Source: Antedon mediterranea
Taxonomy: Eukaryota; Animalia; Echinodermata
DNA length: 64,000 nucleotides
Direction of reading: 5' to 3'
NCBI RefSeq assembly: GCF_964355755.1
Contig: NC_092675.1
Span: 13,922,912 to 13,986,911, forward strand
Shown: positions 15,001 through 30,000 of the stretch, piece by piece
How positions within the stretch are numbered: the first letter of the stretch is position 1
How the letters are laid out: each line of letters starts with the position of its first letter
Made by a program: the position numbers and the translations under genes
The notes under the pieces: model-generated
What the model was told of the DNA's origin: nothing
Databases searched by the model: none
Seen by the model: the letters and a program-made list of their open reading frames with translations, nothing else

Positions 15001-18000
15001 ACGTTTTAGACCATTTTGTGATTTTCGAAAAAACTTGTTAACATAAAAACACCAAAGTACTTAGAATAGCTTCAAATCGCATTTGGAGACGTTTTAGACC
15101 ATTTTATGCATTTCGATGAAACTTGGTTACACAAAAACATCAAAGTGCTTAAAATCACATTATAATCCGTTTTAGACCATTTTGAGCATTTCGATAACAC
15201 TTTTCACACAAAAACATCAAAGAGCACAAAATAGCTTAATATCGTATTTAAAAACGTTTTAGACCATTTTGAGCATTTCGACAAAACTTTTTCACACAAA
15301 ACACCAAAGTGCTTAGAATAGCTTCAAATCGCATTTGGAGACGTTTTAGACCATTTTGTGATTTTCGAAAAAAAATGTTAACATAAAAACATCAAAGTGT
15401 ACAGAATAGCTTCAAATCGCATTTGGAGACCGTTTTAGGCCAATTTGTGATTTTCGAAAAAACTTGTTAACCTAAAAATACCAAAGTGTTTAGAATAGCT
15501 TCAAATCGCATTTGGAGACGTTTTAGACCATTTTGTGATTTTCGAAAAAACTTGTTAACATAAAAACACCAAAGTGCTTAGAATAGCTTCAAATCGCATT
15601 TGGAGACATTTTAGACCAATTTGTGATTTTCGAAAAAACTTGTCAACATAAAAACACCAAAGTGTTTAGAATAGCTTCAAATCGCATTTGGAGACGTTTT
15701 AGACCAATTTGTGATTTTCGAAAAAACTTGTTAACATAAAAACACCAAAGTGCTTAGAATAGCTTCAAATCGCATTTGGAGACGTTTTAGACCAATTTTT
15801 GATTTTCGAAAAAACTTATCAACATAAAAACACCAAAGGGTTTAGAATAGCTTCAAATCGCATTTGGAGACGTTTTAGACCATTTTGTGATTTTGAAAAA
15901 ACTTGTTAACATAAAAACACCAAAGTGCTTAGAATAGCTTCAAATCGCATTTGGAGACGTTTTAGACCATTTTGTGATTTTCGAAAAAACTTGTTAACAT
16001 AAAAACACCAAAGTGCTTAGAATAGCTTCAAATCGTATTTGGAGACGTTTTAGACCATTTTGAGATTTTCGAAAAAACTTGGTTACACAAAAACATCAAA
16101 GTGCTTAAAATGACATTATAAACCGTTTTAGACCATTTTGAGCATTTCGATAACACTTTTCACACAAAAACATCAAAGAGCACAAAATAGCTTAATATCG
16201 TATTTAAAAACGTTTTAGACCATTTTGAGCATTTCGACAAAACTTTTTCACACAAAACACCAAAGTGCTTAGAATAGCTTCAAATCGCATTTGGAGACGT
16301 TTTAGACCAATTTGTGCATTTCGATGAAACTTGATTACACAAAAACATCAAAGTGCTTAAAATCACATCATAAACCGTTTTAGACCATTTTGAGCATTTC
16401 GATAACACTTTTCACACAAAAACATCAAAGAGCACAAAATAGCTTAATATCGTATTTAAAAACGTTTTAGACCATTTTGAGCATTTAGAAAAAACTTTTT
16501 CACACAAAACACCAAAGTGCTTAGAATAGCTTCAAATCGCATTTGGAGACGTTTTAGACCATTTTGTGATTTTTGAAAAAACTTGTTAAAATAAAAACAC
16601 CAAAGTGCTTAGAATAGCTTCAAATCACATTTGGAGACATTTTAGACCATTTTGTGATTTTCGAAAAAACTTGTTAACATAAAAACACGAAAGTGCTTAG
16701 AATAGCTTCAAATCGCATTTGGAAACGTTTTAGACCATTTTGTGATTTTCGAAAAAACTTGTTAACATAAAAACACGAAAGTGCTTAGAATCACATTATA
16801 AACCGTTTTAGACCATTTTGAGCATTTCGATAACAATTTTCACACAAAAACATCAAAGAGCACAAAATAGCTTAATATCGTATTTAAAAATGTTTTAGAC
16901 CATTTTGAGCATTTAGATAAAACTTTTTCACACAAAACACCAAAGTGCTTAGAATAGCTTCAAATCGCATTTGGAGACGTTTTAGACCATTTTGTGATTT
17001 TTTAAAAAACTTGTTAACATAAAAACACCAAAGTGCTTAGAATAGCTTCAAATCACATTTGGAGATGTTTTAGACCATTTTGTGATTTTTGAAAAAACTT
17101 GTTAACATAAAAACACGAAAGTGCTTAGAATAGCTTCAAATCGCATTTGGAAACGTTTTAGACCATTTTGTGATTTTCGAAAAAGATTGTTAACATAAAA
17201 ACACCAATGTGCTTAGAATCACATTATAAACCGTTTTAGACCATTTTGAGCATTTCGATAACAATTTTCACACAAAAACATCAAAGAGCACAAAATAGCT
17301 TAATATCGTATTTATAAATGTTTTAGACCATTTTGAGCATTTCGACAAAACTTTTTCACACAAAACACCAAAGTGCTTAGAATAGCTTCAAATCGCATTT
17401 GGAGACGTTTTTTATACCATTTTGTGATTTCGATGAAACTTGATTACACAAAAACATCAAAGTGCCTAAAATCACATTATAAACCGTTTTAGACCATTTT
17501 GAGCATTTCGATAACACTTTTCACACAAAAACATCAAAGAGCACAAAATAGCTTAATATCGTATTTAAAAACGTTTTAGACCATTTTGAGCATTTAGACA
17601 AAACTTTTTCACACAAAACACCAAAGTGCTTAGAATAGCTTCAAATCGCATTTGGAGACGTTTTAGAACATTTTGTGTTTTTCGAAAAAAACTGTTAACA
17701 TAAAAACACCAAAGTTCTTAGAATAGCTTCAAATCGCATTTTGAGACGTTTTAGAACATTTTGTGTTCTTCGAAAAAACCTGTTAACATAAAAACACCAA
17801 AGTTCTTAGAATAGCTTCAAATCGCATTTGGAGACGTTTTAGACCATTTTGAGATTTTTGAAAAAACTTGTTAACATAAAAACACCAAAGTGCTTAGAAT
17901 AGCTTCAAATCACATTTGGAGACGTTTTAGACCATTTTGTGATTTTCGAAAAAACTTGTTAACATAAAAACACGAAAGTGCTTAGAATAGCTTCAAATCG

Positions 18001-21000
18001 CATTTGGAAACGTTTTAGACCAGTTTGTGATTTTCGAAAAAGATTTTTAACATAAAAACACCAAAGTGCTTAGAATCACAATATAAACCGTTTTAGACCA
18101 TTTTGAGCATTTCGATAACAATTTTCACACAAAAACATCAAAGAGCACAAAATAGCTTAATATCGTATTTAAAAATGTTTTAGACCATTTTGAGCATTTA
18201 GACAAAACTTTTTCACACAAAACACCAAAGTGCTTAGAATAGATTCAAATCGCATTTGGAGACGTTTTAGACCATTTTGTGATTTTCAAAAAAACTTGTT
18301 AACATAAAAACACCAAAGTGCTTAGAATAGCTTCAAATCGCATTTGGAGACATTTTAGACCAATTTGTGATTTTCGAAAAAAACTTGTCAACATAAAAAC
18401 ACCAAAGTGTTTAGAATAGCTTCAAATCGCATTTGGAGACGTTTTAGACCAATTTGTGATTTTCGAAAAAACTTATCAACATAAAAACACCAAAGGGTTT
18501 AGAATAGCTTCAAATCGCATTTTGAGACGTTTTAGACCATTTTGTGATTTTCGAAAAAACTTGTTAACATAAAAACACGAAAGTGCTTAGAATAGCTTCA
18601 AATCGCATTTGGAAACGTTTTATTCCATTTTGTGATTTTCGAAAAAAATTGTTAACATAAAAACACCAAAGTGCTTAGAATCACATTATAAACCGTTTTA
18701 GACCATTTTGAGCATTTCGATAACAATTTTCACACAAAAACATCAAAGAGCACAAAATAGCTTAATATCGTATTTAAAAATGTTTTAGACCATTTTGAGC
18801 ATTTAGAAAAAACTTTTTCACACAAAACACCAAAGTGCTTAGAATAGCTTCAAATCGTATTTGGAGACGTTTTAGACCATTTTGAGATTTTCGAAAAAAC
18901 TTGGTTACACAAAAACATCAAAGTGCTTAAAATCACATTATAAACCGTTTTAGACCATTTTGAGCATTTCGATAACACTTTTCACACAAAAACATCAAAG
19001 AGCACAAAATAGCTTAATATCTTATTTAAAAACGTTTTAGACCATTTTGAGCATTTAGACAAAACTTTTTCACACAAAACACCAAAGTGCTTAGAATAGC
19101 TTCAAATCGCATTTGGAGACGTTTTAGACCATTTTGTGATTTTCAAAAAAACTTGTTAACATAAAAACACCAAAGTGCTTAGAATAGCTTCAAATCGTAT
19201 TTGGAGACGTTTTAGACCATTTTGTGATTTTCGAAAAAACTTGTTAACATAAAAACACCAAAGTGCTTAGAATAGCTTCAAATCGCATTTGGAGACATTT
19301 TAGACCAATTTGTGATTTTCGAAAAAAACTTGTCAACATAAAAACACCAAAGTGTTTAGAATAGCTTCAAATCGCATTTGGAGACGTTTTAGACCAATTT
19401 GTGATTTTCGAAAAAACTTATCAACATAAAAACACCAAAGGGTTTAGAATAGCTTCAAATCGCATTTTGAGACGTTTTAGACCATTTTGTGATTTTCGAA
19501 AAAACTTGTTAACATAAAAACACGAAAGTGCTTAGAATAGCTTCAAATCGCATTTGGAAACGTTTTATTCCATTTTGTGATTTTCGAAAAAAATTGTTAA
19601 CATAAAAACACCAAAGTGCTTAGAATCACATTATAAACCGTTTTAGACCATTTTGAGCATTTCGATAACAATTTTCACACAAAAACATCAAAGAGCAAAA
19701 AATAGCTTAATATCGTATTTAAAAATGTTTTAGACCATTTTGAGCATTTAGATAAAACTTTTTCACACAAAACACCAAAATGCTTAGAATAGCTTCAAAT
19801 CGCATTAGGAGACGTTTTAGACCATTTTGTGATTTTCGACAAAACTTTTTCACACAAAAAACCAAAGTGCTTAGAATAGCTTCAAATCGCATTTGGAGAC
19901 GTTTTAGACCAATTTGTGCATTTCGATGAAACTTGGTTACACAAAAACATCAAAGTGCTTAAAATCACATTATAAACCATTTTAGACCATTTTGAGCATT
20001 TCGATAACACTTTTCACACAAAAACATCAAAGAGCACAAAATAGCTTAATATCGTATTTAAAAACGTTTTAGACCATTTTGAGCATTTCGACAAAACTTT
20101 TTCACACAAAACACCAAAGTGCTTAGAATAGCTTCAAATCGCATTTGAAGACGTTTTAGACCATTTTGTGATTTTCTAAAAAACTTGTAAACATAAAAAC
20201 ACGAAAGTGCTTAGAATAGCTTCAAATCGCATTTGGAAACGTTTTAGACCATTTTGTGATTTTCGAAAAAACTTGTTAACATAAAAACACGAAAGTGCTT
20301 AGAATAGCTTCAAATCGCATTTGGAAACGTTTTAGACCATTTTGTGATTTTCGAAAAAAATTGTTAACATAAAAACACCAAAGTGTTTAAAATAGCTTCA
20401 AATCGCATTTGGAGACGTTTTAGACCAATTTGTGATTTTCGAAAAAACTTATCAACATAAAAACACCAAAGGGTTTAGAATAGCTTCAAATCGCATTTGG
20501 AGACGTTTTAGACCATTTTGTGATTTTGAAAAAACTTGTTAACATAAAAACACCAAAGTGCTTAGAATAGCTTCAAATTGCATTTGGAGACGTTTTAGAC
20601 CATTTTGTGATTTTCGAAAAAACTTGTTAACATAAAAACACCAAAGTGCTTAGAATAGCTTCAAATCGTATTTGGAGACGTTTTAGACCATTTTGAGATT
20701 TTCGAAAAAACTTGGTTACACAAAAACATCAAAGTGCTTAAAATCACATTATAAACCGTTTTAGACCATTTTGAGCATTTCGATAACACTTTTCACACAA
20801 AAACATCAAAGAGCACAAAATAGCTTAATATCGTATTTAAAAACGTTTTAGACCATTTTGAGCATTTCGACAAAACTTTTTCACACAAAACACCAAAGTG
20901 CTTAGAATAGCTTCAAATCGCATTTGGAGACGTTTTAGACCAATTTGTGCATTTCGATGAAACTTGATTACACAAAAACATCAAAGTGCTTAAAATCACA

Positions 21001-24000
21001 TTATAAACCGTTTTAGACCATTTTGAGCATTTCGATAACACTTTTCACACAAAAACATCAAAGAGCACAAAATAGCTTAATATCGTATTTAAAAACGTTT
21101 TAGACCATTTTGAGCATTTAGACAAAACTTTTTCACACAAAACACCAAAGTGCTTAGAATAGCTTCAAATCGCATTTGGAGACGTTTTAGACCATTTTGT
21201 GCATTTCGATGAAACTTGGTTACACAAAAACATCAAAGTGCTTAAAATCACATTATAAATCGTTTTAGACCATTTTGAGCATTTCGACAAAACTTTTTCA
21301 CACAAAATACCAAAGGGCTTAGAATAGCTTCAAATCGCATTTGGAGACGTTTTAGACTATTTTGTGATTTTCGAAAAAACTTTTTAACATAAAAACACCA
21401 AAGTGCTTAGAATAGCTTCAAATCACATTTGGAGACGTTTTAGACCATTTTGTGATTTTCGAAAAAACTTGTTAACATAAAAACACGAAAGTGCTTAGAA
21501 TAGCTTCAAATCGCATTTGGAAACGTTTTAGACCATTTTGTGATTTTCGAAAAAAATTGTTAACATAAAAACACCAAAGTGCTTAGAATCACATTATAAA
21601 CCGTTTTAGACCATTTTGAGCATTTCGATAACAATTTTCACACAAAAACATCAAAGAGCACAAAATAGCTTAATATCGTATTTAAAAATGTTTTAGACCA
21701 TTTTGAGCATTTAGATAAAACTTTTTCACACAAAACACCAAAGTGCTTAGAATAGCTTCAAATCGCATTTGGAGACGTTTTAGACCATTTTGTGATTTTT
21801 GAAAAAACTTGTTAACATAAAAACACCAAAGTGCTTAGAATAGCTTCTAATCACATTTGGAGACGTTTTAGACCATTTTGTGATTTTCGAAAAAACTTGT
21901 TAACATAAAAACACGAAAGTGCTTAGAATAGCTTCAAATCGCATTTGGAAACGTTTTAGACCATTTTGTGATTTTCGAAAAAACTTGTTAACATAAAAAC
22001 ACGAAAGTGCCTAGAATAGCTTCAAATCGCATTTGGAAACGTTTTAGACCATTTTGTGATTTTCGAAAAAAATTGTTAACATAAAAACACCAAAGTGTTT
22101 AAAATAGCTTCAAATCGCATTTGGAGACGTTTTAGACCAATTTGTGATTTTCGAAAAAACTTATCAACATAAAAACACCAAAGGGTTTAGAATAGCTTCA
22201 AATCGCATTTGGAGACGTTTTAGACCATTTTGTGATTTTGAAAAAACTTGTTAACATAAAAACACCAAAGTGCTTAGAATAGCTTCAAATCGCATTTGGA
22301 GACGTTTTAGACCATTTTGTGATTTTCGAAAAAACTTGTTAACATAAAAACACCAAAGTGCTTAGAATAGCTTCAAATCGCATTTGGAGACGTTTTAGAC
22401 CATTTTGTGATTTTCGAAAAAACTTGTTAACATAAAAACACCAAAGTGCTTAGAATAGCTTCAAATCGTATTTGGAGACGTTTTAGACCATTTTGAGATT
22501 TTCGAAAAAAACTTGGTTACACAAAAACATCAAAGTGCTTAAAATCACATTATAAACCGTTTTAGACCATTTTGAGCATTTCGATAACACTTTTCACACA
22601 AAAACATCAAAGAGCACAAAATAGCTTAATATCGTATTTAAAAACGTTTTAGACCATTTTGAGCATTTCGACAAAACTTTTTCACACAAAACACTAAAGT
22701 GCTTAGAATAGCTTCAAATCGCATTTGGAGACGTTTTAGACCAATTTGTGCATTTCGATGAAACTTGATTACACAAAAACATCAAAGTGCTTAAAATCAC
22801 ATTATAAACCGTTTTAGACCATTTTGAGCATTTCGATAACACTTTTCACACAAAAACATCAAAGAGCACAAAATAGCTTAATATCGTATTTAAAAACGTT
22901 TTAGACCATTTTGAGCATTTAGATAAAACTTTTTCACACAAAACACCAAAGTGCTTAGAATAGCTTCAAATCGCATTTGGAGACGTTTTAGACCATTTTG
23001 TGCATTTCGATGAAACTTGGTTACACAAAAACATCAAAGTGCTTAAAATCACATTATAAATCGTTTTAGACCATTTTGAGCATTTCGACAAAACTTTTTC
23101 ACACAAAATACCAAAGGGCTTAGAATAGCTTCAAATCGCATTTGGAGACGTTTTAGACCATTTTGTGATTTTCGAAAAAACTTTTTAACATAAAAACACC
23201 AAAGTGCTTAGAATAGCTTCAAATCACATTTGGAGACGTTTTAGACCATTTTGTGATTTTCGAAAAAACTTGTTAACATAAAAACACGAAAGTGCTTAGA
23301 ATAGCTTCAAATCGCATTTGGAAACGTTTTAGACCATTTTGTGATTTTCGAAAAAAATTGTTAACATAAAAACACCAAAGTTCTTAGAATCACATTATAA
23401 ACCGTTTTAGACCATTTTGAGCATTTCGATAACAATTTTCACACAAAAACATCAAAGAGCACAAAATAGCTTAATATCGTATTTAAAAATGTTTTAGACC
23501 ATTTTGAGCATTTAGATAAAACTTTTTCACACAAAACACCAAAGTGCTTAGAATAGCTTCAAATCGCATTTGGAGACGTTTTAGACCATTTTGTGATTTT
23601 TGAAAAAACTTGTTAACATAAAAACACCAAAGTGCTTAGAATAGCTTCAAATCACATTTGGAGACGTTTTAGACCATTTTGTGATTTTCGAAAAAACTTG
23701 TTAACATAAAAACACGAAAGTGCTTAGAATAGCTTCAAATCGCATTTGGAAACGTTTTAGACCATTTTGTGATTTTCGAAAAAACTTGTTAACATAAAAA
23801 CACGAAAGTGCTTAGAATAGCTTCAAATCGCATTTGGAAACGTTTTAGACCATTTTGTGATTTTCGAAAAAAATTGTTAACATAAAAACACCAAAGTGTT
23901 TAGAATAGCTTCAAATCGCATTTGGAGACGTTTTAGACCAATTTGTGATTTTCGAAAAAACTTATCAACATAAAAACACCAAAGGGTTTAGAATAGCTTC

Positions 24001-27000
24001 AAATCGCATTTGGAGACGTTTTAGACCATTTTGTGATTTTGAAAAAACTTGTTAACATAAAAACACCAAAGTGCTTAGAATAGCTTCAAATCGCATTTGG
24101 AGACGTTTTAGACCATTTTGTGATTTTCGAAAAAACTTGTTAACATAAAAACACCAAAGTGCTTAGAATAGCTTCAAATCGTATTTGGAGACGTTTTAAA
24201 CCATTTTGAGATTTTCGAAAAAACTTGGTTACACAAAAACATCAAAGTGCTTAAAATCACATTATAAACCGTTTTAGACCATTTTGAGCATTTCGATAAC
24301 ACTTTTAACACAAAAACATCAAAGAGCACAAAATAGCTTAATATCGTATTTAAAAACGTTTTAGACCATTTTGAGCATTTCGACAAAACTTTTTCACACA
24401 AAACACCAAAGTGCTTAGAATAGCTTCAAATCGCATTTGGAGACGTTTTAGACCAATTTGTGCATTTCGATGAAACTTGATTACACAAAAACATCAAAGT
24501 GCTTAAAATCACATTATAAACCGTTTTAGACCATTTTGAGCATTTCGATAACACTTTTCACACAAAAACATCAAAGAGCACAAAATAGCTTAATATCGTA
24601 TTTAAAAACGTTTTAGACCATTTTGAGCATTTAGACAAAACTTTTTCACACAAAACACCAAAGTGCTTAGAATAGCTTCAAATCGCATTTGGAGACGTTT
24701 TAGACCATTTTGTGCATTTCGATGAAACTTGGTTACACAAAAACATCAAAGTGCTTAAAATCACATTATAAATCGTTTTAGACCATTTTGAGCATTTCGA
24801 CAAAACTTTTTCACACAAAATACCAAAGTTCTTAGAATAGCTTCAAATCGCATTTGGAGACGTTTTAGACCATTTTGTGATTTTCGAAAAAACTTTTTAA
24901 CATAAAAACACCAAAGTGCTTAGAATAGCTTCAAATCACATTTGGAGACGTTTTAGACCATTTTGTGATTTTCGAAAAAACTTGTTAACATAAAAACACG
25001 AAAGTGCTTAGAATAGCTTCAAATCGCATTTGGAAACGTTTTAGACCATTTTGTGATTTTCGAAAAAAATTGTTAACATAAAAACACCAAAGTGCTTAGA
25101 ATCACATTATAAACCGTTTTAGACCATTTTGAGCATTTCGATAACAATTTTCACACAAAAACATCAAAGAGCACAAAATAGCTTAATATCGTATTTAAAA
25201 ATGTTTTAGACCATTTTGAGCATTTAGATAAAACTTTTTCACACAAAACACCAAAGTGCTTAGAATAGCTTCAAATCGCATTTGGAGACGTTTTAGACCA
25301 TTTTGTGATTTTTGAAAAAACTTGTTAACATAAAAACACCAAAGTGCTTAGAATAGCTTCAAATCACATTTGGAGACGTTTTAGACCATTTTGTGATTTT
25401 CGAAAAAACTTGTTAACATAAAAACACCAAAGTGCTTAGAATAGCTTCAAATCACATTTGGAGACGTTTTAGACCATTTTGTGATTTTTGAAAAAACTTG
25501 TTAACATAAAAACACGAAAGTGCTTAGAATAGCTTCAAATCGCATTTGGAAACGTTTTAGACCATTTTGTGATTTTCGAAAAAGATTGTTAACATAAAAA
25601 CACCAAAGTGCTTAGAATCACATTATAAACCGTTTTAGACCATTTTGAGCATTTCGATAACAATTTTCACACAAAAACATCAAAGAGCACAAAATAGCTT
25701 AATATCGTATTTAAAAATGTTTTAGACCATTTTGAGCATTTAGATAAAACTTTTTCACACAAAACACCAAAGTGCTTAGAATAGCTTCAAATCGCATTTG
25801 GAGACGGTTTAGACCATTTTGTGATTTTGAAAAAACTTGTTAACATAAAAACACCAAAGTGCTTAGAATATCTTCAAATCGCATTTGGAGACGTTTTAGA
25901 CCATTTTGTGATTTTCGAAAAAACTTGTTAACATAAAAACACCAAAGTGCTTAGAATATCTTCAAATCGCATTTGGAGACGTTTTAGACCATTTTGTGAT
26001 TTTCGAAAAAACTTGTTAACATAAAAACACCAAAGTGCTTAGAATAGCTTCAAATCGTATTTGGAGACGTTTTAGACCATTTTGAGATTTTCGAAAAAAC
26101 TTGGTTACACAAAAACATCAAAGTGCTTAAAATCACATTATAAACCGTTTTAGACCATTTTGAGCATTTCGATAACACTTTTCACACAAAAACATCAAAG
26201 AGCACAAAATAGCTTAATATCGTATTTAAAAACGTTTTAGACCATTTTGAGCATTTCGACAAAACTTTTTCACACAAAACACCAAAGTGCTTAGAATAGC
26301 TTCAAATCGCATTTGGAGACGTTTTAGACCAATTTGTGCATTTCGATGAAACTTGATTACACAAAAACATCAAAGTGCTTAAAATCACATTATAAACCGT
26401 TTTAGACCATTTTGAGCATTTCGATAACACTTTTCACACAAAAACATCAAAGAGCACAAAATAGCTTAATATCGTATTTAAAAACGTTTTAGACCATTTT
26501 GAGCATTTAGACAAAACTTTTTCACACAAAACACCAAAGTGCTTAGAATAGCTTCAAATCGCATTTGGAGACGTTTTAGACCATTTTGTGCATTTCGATG
26601 GAACTTGGTTACACAAAAACATCAAAGTGCTTAAAATCACATTATAAATCGTTTTAGACCATTTTGAGCAATTCGACAAAACTTTTTCACACAAAATACA
26701 AAAGTGCTTAGAATAGCTTCAAATCGCATTTGGAGACGTTTTAGACCATTTTGTGATTTTCGAAAAAACTTTTTAACATAAAAACACCAAAGTGCTTAGA
26801 ATAGCTTCAAATCACATTTGGAGACGTTTTAGACCATTTTGTGATTTTCGAAAAAACTTGTTAACATAAAAACACGAAAGTGCTTAGAATAGCTTCAAAT
26901 CGCATTTGGAAACGTTTTAGACCATTTTGTGATTTTCGAAAAAACTTGTTAACATAAAAACACGAAAGTGCTTAGAATAGCTTCAAATTGCATTTGGAAA

Positions 27001-30000
27001 CGTTTTAGACCATTTTGTGATTTTCGAAAAAACTTGTTAACATAAAAACACGAAAATGCTTAGAATAGCTTCAAATCGCATTTGGAAACGTTTTAGACCA
27101 TTTTGTGATTTTCGAAAAAAATTGTTAACATAAAAACACCAAAGTGTTTAGAATAGCTTCAAATCGCATTTGGAGACGTTTTAGACCAATTTGTGATTTT
27201 CGAAAAAACTTATCAACATAAAAACACCAAAGGGTTTAGAATAGCTTCAAATCGCATTTGGAGACGTTTTAGACCATTTTGTGATTTTGAAAAAACTTGT
27301 TAACATAAAAACAACAAAGTGCTTAGAATAGCTTCAAATCGCATTTGGAGACGTTTTAGACCATTTTGTGATTTTCGAAAAAACTTGTTAACATAAAAAC
27401 ACCAAAGTGCTTAGAATAGCTTCAAATCGTATTTGGAGACGTTTTAGACCATTTTGAGATTTTCGAAAAAACTTGGTTACACAAAAACATCAAAGTGCTT
27501 AAAATCACATTATAAACCGTTTTAGACCATTTTGAGCATTTCGATAACACTTTTCACACAAAAACATCAAAGAGCACAAAATAGCTTAATATCGTATTTA
27601 AAAACGTTTTAGACCATTTTGAGCATTTCGACAAAACTTTTTTACACAAAACACCAAAGTGCTTAGAATAGCTTCAAATCGCATTTGGAGACGTTTTAGA
27701 CCAATTTGTGCATTTCGATGAAACTTGATTACACAAAAACATCAAAGTGCTTAAAATCACATTATAAACCGTTTTAGACCATTTTGAGCATTTCGATAAC
27801 ACTTTTCACACAAAAACATCAAAGAGCACAAAATAGCTTAATATCGTATTTAAAAACGTTTGAGACCATTTTGAGCATTTAGACAAAACTTTTTCACACA
27901 AAACACCAAAGTGCTTAGAATAGCTTCAAATCGAATTTGGAGACGTTTTAGACCATTTTGTGATTTTCGAAAAAACTTTTTAACATAAAAACACCAAAGT
28001 GCTTAGAATAGCTTCAAATCACATTTGGAGACGTTTTAGACCATTTTGTGATTTTCGAAAAAAATTGTTAACATAAAAACACGAAAGTGCTTAGAATAGC
28101 TTCAAATCGCATTTGGAAACGTTTTAGACCATTTAGTGATTTTCGAAAAAACTTATCAACATAAAAACACCAAAGGGTTTAGAATAGCTTCAAATCGCAT
28201 TTGGAGACGTTTTAGACCATTTTTCGATTTTGAAAAAACTTGTTAACATAAAAACACCAAAGTGCTTAGAATAGCTTCAAATCGCATTTGGAAACGTTTT
28301 AGACCAATTTGTGATTTTCGAAAAAACTTGTCAACATAAAAACACCAAAGTGTTTAGAATAGCTTCAAATCGCATTTGGAGACGTTTTAGACCAATTTGT
28401 GATTTTCGAAAAAACTTATCAACATAAAAACACCAAAGGGTTTAGAATAGCTTCAAATCGCATTTGGAGACGTTTTAGACCATTTTGTGATTTTCGAAAA
28501 AACTTGTTAACATAAAAACACCAAAGTGCTTAGAATAGCTTCAAATCGCATTTGGAGACGTTTTAGACCATTTTGTGATTTTCAAAAAAAATTGTTAACA
28601 TAAAAACACCAAAGTGCATAGAATCACATTATAAACCGTTTTAGATCATTTAGAGCATTTCGATAACAATTTTCACACAAAAACATCAATGAGCACAAAA
28701 TAGCTTAATATCGTATTTAAAAATGTTTTAGACCATTTTGAGCATTTAGACAAATTTTTTTCACACAAAACACCAAAGTGCTTAGAATAGCTTCAAATCG
28801 CATTTGGAGACGTTTTAGACAATTTTGTGATTTTCGAAAAAAATTGTTAACATAAAAACACCAAAGTGCTTAGAATAGCTTCAAATCGCATTTGGAGACG
28901 TTTTAGACCATTTTGTGATTTTCGAAAAAACTTTTTAACATAAAAACACCAAAGTGCTTAGAATAGCTTCAAATCACATTTGGAGACGTTTTAGACCATT
29001 TTGTGATTTTCGAAAAAACTTGTTAACATAAAAACACGAAAGTGCTTAGAATAGCTTCAAATCGCATTTAGAAACGTTTTAGACCATTTTGTGATTTTCG
29101 AAAAAAATTGTTAACATAAAAACACCAAAGTGCTTAGAATCACATTATAAACCGTTTTAGACCATTTTGAGCATTTCGATAACAATTTTCACACAAAAAC
29201 ATCAAAGAGCACAAAATAGCTTAATATCGTATTTAAAAATGTTTTAGACCATTTTGAGCATTTAGATAAAACTTTTTCACACAAAACACCAAAGTGCTTA
29301 GAATAGCTTCAAATCGCATTTGGAGACGTTTTAGACCATTTTGTGATTTTTGAAAAAACTTGTTAACATAAAAACACCAAAGTGCTTAGAATAGCTTCAA
29401 ATCACATTTGGAGACGTTTTAGACCATTTTGTGATTTTCGAAAAAACTTGTTAACATAAAAACACGAAAGTGCTTAGAATAGCTTCAAATCGCATTTGGA
29501 AACGTTTTAGACCATTTTGTGATTTTCGAAAAAACTTGTTAACATAAAAACACGAAAGTGCTTAGAATAGCTTCAAATCGCATTTGGAAACGTTTTAGAC
29601 CATTTTGTGATTTTCGAAAAAACTTGTTAACATAAAAACACGAAAGTGCTTAGAATAGCTTCAAATCGCATTTGGAAACGTTTTAGACCATTTTGTGATT
29701 TTCGAAAAAAATTGTTAACATAAAAACACCAAAGTGTTTAGAATAGCTTCAAATCGCATTTGGAGACGTTTTAGACCAATTTGTGATTTTCGAAAAAACT
29801 TATCAACATAAAAACACCAAAGGGTTTAGAATAGCTTCAAATCGCATTTGGAGACGTTTTAGACCATTTTTCGATTTTGAAAAAACTTGTTAACATAAAA
29901 ACACCAAAGTGCTTAGAATAGCTTCAAATCGCATTTGGAGACGTTTTAGACCATTTTGTGATTTTCGAAAAAACTTGTTAACATAAAAACACCAAAGTGC

